Shown here one piece after another: positions 57,316 through 64,000 of a stretch of 64,000 nucleotides of DNA (positions are counted from its first letter, which is position 1; each line of letters opens with the position of its first letter). The translations under genes were made by a program, and so were the position numbers. Origin of the DNA: an uncultured Candidatus Saccharibacteria bacterium (GTDB taxonomy: Bacteria; Patescibacteriota; Dojkabacteria; J137); the NCBI GenBank assembly GCA_965230975.1, contig OZ246402.1, forward strand, positions 711,228 to 775,227, read 5' to 3'. The notes below the pieces were generated by a model. That model had not been told where the DNA came from and did no database searches. It was given only the letters and a program-made list of their open reading frames with translations.

Positions 57316-58809
57316 TTACCCTATTACCTTTAAAAATGAAGATGTTATTAAAAATAACAAAATTGCAAAAGTTACAATCAGTATAAGTTTTAGCAAAAGC
57401 CCATAAATATTGTTAAATCTGCCAAAAATGGTTAAAGGAAATATTCTTTTATCTAATGTTTCTTTTACATAATTTGGAGCCATAATAAAGCTTAATGAGG
57501 CAAAACAAACCCACCATAATATTGATACAAAGATTGTTGGGTAGACAAATAATGAAAAGATTGGGACAGAAATTATTACAAATGCTATAGCGTAAAGCAC
57601 TTTATTATTATATAAATTTGCTTTTAAGGCTTTAGTTAAGTTAATTACTGCAAAGCTACCAAAAACAATATATGTAATAAAACCTATTAAACCTTGTATT
57701 CTTATAATATTAGAAAGTAACGAAGTATCTCCAATTGCACCTTTGAAGCCCGTTCCCATAAATACTGTCAAAAAGTTCTTGCTGGATTCTGAAAATAAAT
57801 AGTTGAATGAGTTAATAACACTATTAAAATCTGAAGTTATTCTGCTAACTTGATAAGTATTAGAGGCCAACATGCCTAAAATCAAAAGTAATATTAGCGC
57901 AGGAGAAGCAAATATTAACCCAACAAATAAGTTTCTTAAAAATAACCTAAGGTTGGTTACTTGTTTCTTAACTTTTATTTGTTTAAAAGAGGCTTTAAGC
58001 TCTTTTATATAAGATTTTATAACATTAGGATTAGTTTTATAAATAACAAAATCTAAAGTTAATGTAGACAAAAATAGAGGGACTAAAATATCTCCTAAAG
58101 CTATAGAAAAATTTTTAAAAGTGTAAAGTTGAACAAATACAAATGAAAGTAAGCCTATCAAAAGCAGTGTTCTAAATAATTTTAGCCTTCCAGAATTTAA
58201 AATTAGTATAAAAAAGAAGGCTGAGTAAATTACTAAAGCAGGTAATTCTGCGGACAATGAAACTTTATTTGTTACAAAAATTAAAGCTAATAGGTACATC
58301 GAAAACCCTAAAAATAAGAATCTTAAAAGAATTTTTAACCTGTTAGAATTAATAATGTAGTTTCTAACAAAGTAAAATAACAGCAAGAATAAAAACACCG
58401 CAAGACCAGAAACTATTTTTAAATCCTTAGACCCAAAAGTATTTGCAACGTTTGCTGGCAAAGCAAAAACAGATGCTGTGGTAGAAAAAAGTGTATATAA
58501 TATAACAGACATAAAGAATAAAGGGTCTTTAAGTTCTGTTTTACCAAAAAGAACTATCTTTCCAACATATAGAAATAGTAAAAACCCTAAAAATAAAACT
58601 ATAAAGCTCATTACTGATTGTTCCCAACTTACAGAGTTAAATTTATAGAATGGTAAAACTACAAACATTAGCGGTACAGTAATATAAAATAACCATTCTA
58701 TTAAATTTCCTAAGGCACCTAATTTTCTATTTTTTGATAGTGATAAATCTGGAAGTGTAATAATAAAATTTGTCTTTAATGCAGGTACGTTAATTGCGTA
58801 TCTTTTCAT
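57316..58809 (-). CDS. Polytopic membrane protein
   Basis: 497 aa with about 13 TM segments; topology loosely resembles O-antigen ligases. Confidence 0.7.
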   Translation of the reverse strand: MKRYAINVPALKTNFIITLPDLSLSKNRKLGALGNLIEWLFYITVPLMFVVLPFYKFNSVSWEQSVMSFIVLFLGFLLFLYVGKIVLFGKTELKDPLFFMSVILYTLFSTTASVFALPANVANTFGSKDLKIVSGLAVFLFLLLFYFVRNYIINSNRLKILLRFLFLGFSMYLLALIFVTNKVSLSAELPALVIYSAFFFILILNSGRLKLFRTLLLIGLLSFVFVQLYTFKNFSIALGDILVPLFLSTLTLDFVIYKTNPNVIKSYIKELKASFKQIKVKKQVTNLRLFLRNLFVGLIFASPALILLLILGMLASNTYQVSRITSDFNSVINSFNYLFSESSKNFLTVFMGTGFKGAIGDTSLLSNIIRIQGLIGFITYIVFGSFAVINLTKALKANLYNNKVLYAIAFVIISVPIFSLFVYPTIFVSILWWVCFASLSFIMAPNYVKETLDKRIFPLTIFGRFNNIYGLLLKLILIVTFAILLFLITSSFLKVIG

Positions 58810-58858
58810 AAATAAGTAAGTAATTAATTAAATTCTTGAAGTTACTAAATAAATAATA

Positions 58859-59956
58859 CTAAGGTAATGTAAAAATGCCAAGCCCTACGCTTCCTGTAAA
58901 CCCTCCAATTAGTATTACAAATATTAAAATTATTAAAAGTGAAAAGTGATAATGTGAAAAAGATCTAACACTGCTAAGCATTTTTGTTCTAGATAGAGCA
59001 ACAAAATCTATCAAAAATAATAATGCAAGAAATAGCAAGAAAGCTACATTTACAGTGTTTTGTAAACCAGGCGTAAACCCAGCTATTAACGAATCTGACT
59101 TTATAGAAATCTCATTACCAGTATTATTTGGTAAGTTTACGTTAACTTCTACAGAAGAATTCAAATCTTCACCTGTTTGAGTTGTGCCATTTACAACAAT
59201 AATATTTTTACCTTGCACTGGATCTTCTATTCTATATGTAAAAACACCGTCTAAAATTGCCGGGGAGGCTTTATACTCTGAATTATTATAGATAGTTAAC
59301 TTATCAACTCCAATAGCTTGACCATCTACATTAATAAATTCAGAATTAATTGTTTCGTTTTCTTTAGGGTTTAAAATGGTTATTTTACTAGAATTTAGAT
59401 CTGCAGATACATAAGAAGCCTGGCTACCAAAGTGAACTGCAATGATTAGATTATTATTTCTATTTTGATACGACCCAGTGATTAAGCCAAATCCAACTTC
59501 GGTAAATTCTGGTTTAAGAATGTTCTCTCTATGAGTTTTGCTATTTATCCAGGCATTCATAACATCTGTTATATTTGAAAATCCTTCTGCTAAATTTTCA
59601 CCTGCATAAGTATATATGTATCCAACATCATCAAAATATTTCCAGGGTTGAGTTCCTTCCGGACAATAATGTGACCAACAATCTAAATTTAGCATTTCAG
59701 TTGCTTTTTTTGTTGCAGATTGGTTTAGTAAAGAATTAAGTTTTAATTCTGGCAAATTATTTTCTTTTCTGAATTTGTTGTGTTCAACAAGAAGTGATTC
59801 ATTGTTTATAAGAGTTGAGTAGTCTTGTGCAATAATGCTAGATTTGGCAAATAAATTAAAGAAAGTTATTACAATAGTGAATATAATAAGAATAGGGATC
59901 TTTAATAGATGAGCTTTATAGCCGTTTTTTTCGGAAGGTATTATCAAATCTAACAT
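58859..59956 (-). CDS. CAP (SCP/YkwD) domain membrane protein
   Basis: HNKFR, WSHY, AGENLA, AWINSKTHRENIL. Confidence 0.9.
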   Translation of the reverse strand: MLDLIIPSEKNGYKAHLLKIPILIIFTIVITFFNLFAKSSIIAQDYSTLINNESLLVEHNKFRKENNLPELKLNSLLNQSATKKATEMLNLDCWSHYCPEGTQPWKYFDDVGYIYTYAGENLAEGFSNITDVMNAWINSKTHRENILKPEFTEVGFGLITGSYQNRNNNLIIAVHFGSQASYVSADLNSSKITILNPKENETINSEFINVDGQAIGVDKLTIYNNSEYKASPAILDGVFTYRIEDPVQGKNIIVVNGTTQTGEDLNSSVEVNVNLPNNTGNEISIKSDSLIAGFTPGLQNTVNVAFLLFLALLFLIDFVALSRTKMLSSVRSFSHYHFSLLIILIFVILIGGFTGSVGLGIFTLP

Positions 59957-60030
59957 TTACTTTGAATGTATTGGATATTTTAATATAATTTACTTATACA
60001 TAATATTTGAAAACTGTAGAAAGATAAAGT

Positions 60031-60858
60031 ATGTTTACAAAATCTAAGGGTCACAGAAGGGTAACTAGTTTGTTTTATGCTATGGCAATAACATTAGGCA
60101 TTTACATTTCTGTTAACGAGTTACACTTTTTTCAAAATACTTATAACTTTATTGTATTTAGTGTTGCAACTTTCTTTATTTATATTGTAGAACTCTTTAC
60201 ATCTTTTCAAAATAAAAGCAGAAAAATTCAAATCAATTTTGATTATAATGATGAAGTAAACGAGCTATCAGAGGTCTTTCATAAAATACTTTTACCCATT
60301 TTTTTATATTTAAGTATTTTAGGATTCTCTTACTTTAATATTACAAATGCTAGCATCTATATTATTTTGGCAATTACATTTGTAAGTTTTTATACACTCA
60401 TTCTTAATACTAAGCTATTCTTGGAGCATGAAGTTAAAGAGGAACATAAAACTCACTATGTTTACGATGTAATAAAATTTTTAATTTTCTTTTTAATGGT
60501 AAATACTTTTGCGAATTTGTATAAATATATTGGTGATTATATTGCATATTTTACAATAGGAGTTTTTGCAATATCTTTCTTAATAAATTACCTTATGTTG
60601 ATTAGAATTAAGATGCTTACCAATAAATTTGTCATTCAATCAACATTAAACTCTGCAATAATTTCTTTGGTCTTTTTAGCATTAAACTTAGGATCTAAAT
60701 TTAACGCTCTTCAAATTGCATTAATCTTAATCTTTTTGTTTTATATTAGTACTGCTATAATTCACCATACTATTAGAAAAACCCTTACAAGAGAGGTTTT
60801 TTTGGAATATATGGTAGTAACCACACTATTATTAGTAATAGCATTCTTGGGCATTTAA
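60031..60858 (+). CDS. Polytopic membrane protein
   Basis: 275 aa, multiple TM segments. Confidence 0.7.
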   Translation: MFTKSKGHRRVTSLFYAMAITLGIYISVNELHFFQNTYNFIVFSVATFFIYIVELFTSFQNKSRKIQINFDYNDEVNELSEVFHKILLPIFLYLSILGFSYFNITNASIYIILAITFVSFYTLILNTKLFLEHEVKEEHKTHYVYDVIKFLIFFLMVNTFANLYKYIGDYIAYFTIGVFAISFLINYLMLIRIKMLTNKFVIQSTLNSAIISLVFLALNLGSKFNALQIALILIFLFYISTAIIHHTIRKTLTREVFLEYMVVTTLLLVIAFLGI

Positions 60859-60868
60859 ATTGTTTTTT

Positions 60869-60968
60869 TGTTGAGGGATCGTCTAATGCTCAATAAGACA
60901 ATATTTATGCAAACAAAGTGTAGCATCAATATATTGTCGCATTAGTCACGATTTATAGGGAGTAGGAC
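60869..60968 (+). other. Interrupted duplicate of the tRNA-Gln 5' end forming a long hairpin
   Basis: 60869-60888 is 19/20 identical to 61006-61025; GTAGGAC resumes at 60962. Confidence 0.75.
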
Positions 60969-61008
60969 TTTAGAATTATTAAAAGGAGTAATGCACTTTT
61001 AACAATGT

Positions 61009-61079
61009 TGCGGGATCGTCTAATGGTAGGACGATGGTTTCTGGAGCCATCTATCTAGGTTCGAATCCTAGTCCCGCAA
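61009..61079 (+). tRNA. tRNA-Gln(CTG), U1-A72, CCA not encoded
   Basis: TGCGGGA/TCCCGCA acceptor stem, ATGGT-TTCTGGA-GCCAT anticodon arm, GGTTCGAATCC. Confidence 0.96.
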
Positions 61080-61147
61080 ATTTCAACATTCCTTTAACAC
61101 TCCTCAAAACTTACTGTATAATCTCCAAATCATTTGAGAAAATATAT

Positions 61148-61948
61148 ATGAATAGATTTGAAATAATACAACTTCCTTCTAAGTATATTTCTGAAAAAGC
61201 TGCCATTAAATTTAAGTTAGCAAGTAAAGACCTTAGGTTGTTAAAACAAAAACTTCAAGTAAATAATATCTGTATTAGAGGAGGATTTATTATCGACACA
61301 CTTATAGGTAAAAACCCAAAAGATATAGATATTTTCTATATTTCTCAAAATGCTTTAAGTACTCAAAAAGAGTCCTGCATATGTGATTCTTTTAAAAATA
61401 CCTATTTGACTTTAAAAAATGATTTATCTCTAATAAGCAATTACGAAATTGACTGGGGTCATTATGGTAAGAATGAATTAGTATTACCTTTAGTAGAATG
61501 TATATGTGGCTATCTAACTCAAAGTTTGGATTTCCTTTCATTATTTGTACTTGATATAAATGGCAAGGTTTGGACCAACAAATATGGTCTTTACTGTTTT
61601 CAAAATCAAATTTGGGAGATAACACCAATGACCTGGATGACATATTCCCATTTTATGGCAGATAAGCCAGTAGATTTTTATGATCTTTATACTGGAATTT
61701 GCTTAAAAGTAATTCGTCATATTAAAGAAGGTAAAGCTAACAAAATAGGGCCAATGACTAAAGAACTATTAGAAAATTTTCATTATGTTCTGCAAAAAAT
61801 AAAACCTGAATCTGAAAGAGGCAAAAATATTGTTGGAAGATTTAATAAAAACGAGCTTAGTTTAGTAGATTTAAAAAAAATCTTAGCTATTTTAGAAATT
61901 GAAACTTCAGAGTTAATAATGATTCAATTTTCTAGAATTATAGGCTAA
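61148..61948 (+). CDS. Pol-beta-superfamily nucleotidyltransferase-like protein
   Basis: IRGGFIIDTLIGKNPKDIDIF resembles motif A of class II CCA/poly(A) polymerases; start moved past the tRNA. Confidence 0.7.
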   Translation: MNRFEIIQLPSKYISEKAAIKFKLASKDLRLLKQKLQVNNICIRGGFIIDTLIGKNPKDIDIFYISQNALSTQKESCICDSFKNTYLTLKNDLSLISNYEIDWGHYGKNELVLPLVECICGYLTQSLDFLSLFVLDINGKVWTNKYGLYCFQNQIWEITPMTWMTYSHFMADKPVDFYDLYTGICLKVIRHIKEGKANKIGPMTKELLENFHYVLQKIKPESERGKNIVGRFNKNELSLVDLKKILAILEIETSELIMIQFSRIIG

Positions 61949-61969
61949 GCAATAAAGCGAACATTTAAA

Positions 61970-63019
61970 TTAATAAGGTACATATGGAGCTGGATCGATA
62001 AAAACTCCATTTTTAATTAAAGAAAAGTGCAAATGAACCCCTGTACTATTACCAGTTGTTCCCATTTCCATTATTGATTGACCTTGCTGAACTCTATCTC
62101 CAGCTTTAACATAAAAAATACCACTACCATGGTAATAATGAGTTACAATTCCACCACCGTGATTAATTTTAACAGCGCATCCCTCACCTGTTCTAATACA
62201 TCCAACATATTCTACAACACCAGCAGCAACTGATTTAATTGTACAACCAGGCCATCTGGCAAGATCTAATCCATTGTGGTAAAAAGTATAACCTCTAGAT
62301 AGAATATACCCTGTGCAACTAGAGTCTTCTAAAGGATTAGAAAAGATACCTGTAGGAATACCCGCTATTACAATATCGTTAACGTTTAAGTTGCCGTCTG
62401 GAATAAATAATTGTTGACCATTAGTGAGAGTATATGGCTGAGTTAGCCCATTGAATTCTGCAATGTTAAATTCATTTGCTTCTGCATTATTTGCACTTGT
62501 ATGCGCAACCACATCAGCCAATGTTTGCCCAGCTTTTACAGTGTACAAAACTCCATTTATTGTTTGCCCTTCTGGAGTAGCAGGAATTTTAATTTTTGAA
62601 CCAATTTGTACCTCATCTGAAAAGGGGCTAATAATATCGGAATTAAACCATCTTATTGTATCTTTGGTTACAATATACTTATCTGCAATGCTATCTAGAG
62701 TGTCGCCAAGTTGAACTGTATAAGTTATTGTAGATACGCCACTACCGCTAGAAGTTAAAACGGCTTGAATAGAGCCACCTTGAGACAATAAGTCGTTTGA
62801 TCCATATGTGTTGCCTCCATCTAGGTAAACTGCATCGGCTACAGCAATTCTAGACACAACACCGCTAATTGCTACAAAGCCGGTAATAAAAATCATTGAA
62901 GCATGTACTATGTTCTTGTATGCACTACCCCTTCCCCAGTGTATTTTAGAAACAATAAACCGTTTAATTTCATCTATTAGGTTTGCTAAAAACCCAATTT
63001 GTTTTTTAAAGATTTTCAT
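61970..63019 (-). CDS. LysM plus M23 peptidase
   Basis: YTVQLGDTL and YTVKAGQTL LysM domains; HNGLD, YYHG, HLHF. Confidence 0.93.
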   Translation of the reverse strand: MKIFKKQIGFLANLIDEIKRFIVSKIHWGRGSAYKNIVHASMIFITGFVAISGVVSRIAVADAVYLDGGNTYGSNDLLSQGGSIQAVLTSSGSGVSTITYTVQLGDTLDSIADKYIVTKDTIRWFNSDIISPFSDEVQIGSKIKIPATPEGQTINGVLYTVKAGQTLADVVAHTSANNAEANEFNIAEFNGLTQPYTLTNGQQLFIPDGNLNVNDIVIAGIPTGIFSNPLEDSSCTGYILSRGYTFYHNGLDLARWPGCTIKSVAAGVVEYVGCIRTGEGCAVKINHGGGIVTHYYHGSGIFYVKAGDRVQQGQSIMEMGTTGNSTGVHLHFSLIKNGVFIDPAPYVPY

Positions 63020-63020
63020 T

Positions 63021-64000
63021 CTATTTACTTATTCTATTTAGTAATTCGGCTTTATTTATTAATTGCATTGCCTCAAAAAGAGAAGGTGAGAATGGAGAGC
63101 CAACTACACACATTCTTAAAACCATAAATGGGTCACCATTTTTTAAAGCATATTTTTGTGCGATAGATCTCATTTTGTCTACCCACTCAGATTGAATCCA
63201 TTTTGAAGGATCTTCTTCAAGAGAATTCATAACATGATATACCTCTTGTTTTAAGATTTCTAGCTTATCTTTAAATGCGGCTACCTGATCTATGTTCCAG
63301 TCTATATTACTTAGGGCTTGATAAAAGAATTGAATTTGATTTGCAATTTCTGACAAGGTAGTAGCTCTTTCTTTTACAAGTTCAATCTTTTTAGATAGGG
63401 TAGAGTCTGATTTATATTGTTCTAACATGGATTTATCTTCAGAATATTTTTCGCACCATTCTACAAATAATTTTGCTAATTCTTCAGAAGTCTTTAATTT
63501 AAAGTATTCTTTATTAAACCAAGCTAGTTTCTCTCTGTTAAAGATAGGGTTAGACTTATTAAAATCTTTTATATCAAATAATTGTACAAATTCATCTAAA
63601 GAGAATACCTCTTTCTCTTTTTGACCAAACTCTCGTATTTCGGGAGAAGACCAGCCCAAAAGCATTACAAAGTTTAAAACCGCATCTGATAAGTAACCAT
63701 CTTTCAAGAAAGCCTTTGCGGATACTGATCCTTTTCTTTTCGATAACTTACCCCCTTCTGGGTCAAGTATTGCTGTTAAATGAAAATAAGGGGGCATTTC
63801 CCAGCCAAAATACCTATGTAATAAAACCTGTTTAGGAGTAGATGAAAACCATTCTGCGCCTCTAAATACATGACTTATCTTCATTAAACGATCATCTACT
63901 ACAACAGCTAAATGATATGAAGCGATACCATTAGATTTTATTAAGACTTCATCTCCAACTAAGTTACTATCAAACTTAGTATGACCTTGAATGCCATCTG
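63021..64000 (-). CDS. gltX: Glutamate--tRNA ligase, C-terminal part (truncated by window end)
   Basis: YHLAVVVDD, ISHVFRGAEW, KLSKR, LLGWS; frame stays open to the window edge. Confidence 0.96.
   Translation of the reverse strand, partial: DGIQGHTKFDSNLVGDEVLIKSNGIASYHLAVVVDDRLMKISHVFRGAEWFSSTPKQVLLHRYFGWEMPPYFHLTAILDPEGGKLSKRKGSVSAKAFLKDGYLSDAVLNFVMLLGWSSPEIREFGQKEKEVFSLDEFVQLFDIKDFNKSNPIFNREKLAWFNKEYFKLKTSEELAKLFVEWCEKYSEDKSMLEQYKSDSTLSKKIELVKERATTLSEIANQIQFFYQALSNIDWNIDQVAAFKDKLEILKQEVYHVMNSLEEDPSKWIQSEWVDKMRSIAQKYALKNGDPFMVLRMCVVGSPFSPSLFEAMQLINKAELLNRISK

Noticed and set aside
60869-61005. Intron-containing second tRNA-Gln
   Set aside because: Removing the insert leaves no anticodon arm, T arm or acceptor 3' strand
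61034-61147. N-terminal extension of the 61034-61948 ORF
   Set aside because: Overlaps tRNA-Gln; ATG at 61148 preferred
1-64000. Alternative genetic code and the many short antisense ORFs in the track
   Set aside because: Conserved genes are full length in the standard code and TGA acts as a stop (e.g. 1603, rnpA); the antisense ORFs shadow well-supported genes

Overview
Low-GC, gene-dense bacterial chromosome segment using the standard genetic code. The gene content and style (short PheT, Cys-rich surface proteins, many small orphans, tRNAs without encoded CCA) suggest a Patescibacteria/CPR organism; this is an inference. Most of the window is housekeeping: uvrB 3' end, mnmA, ssb, pheST, miaA, lysS, glyA, thyA, folA, folD, pth, rnpA, gatC, ftsW-like, gltX 3' part and four tRNAs (Cys, Gly, Glu, Gln). 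There is no rRNA, CRISPR array, prophage or transposase. The unusual signals are mainly non-coding. (1) A complete promoter / 20-codon Lys-rich leader peptide / antiterminator / terminator attenuator precedes a GNAT-M20 peptidase-lysS operon. (2) A decoy copy of the tRNA-Gln 5' end is folded against an anti-tRNA segment just upstream of the real tRNA, with an orphan nucleotidyltransferase downstream. (3) Tandem tRNA-Cys 3'-end repeats carry a covarying hairpin. (4) There are two structured RNA candidates: one 6S-like, and one T-loop RNA facing a putative RNase next to a tyrosine recombinase. (5) The thymidylate/folate cluster is packed with atypical enzymes, including a Dcd-fold protein lacking its catalytic residues. 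(6) A GTGAA-N6-GTGAA box recurs three times, and -10 boxes often sit directly before start codons. All calls were made by eye; no database searches or folding programs were run.
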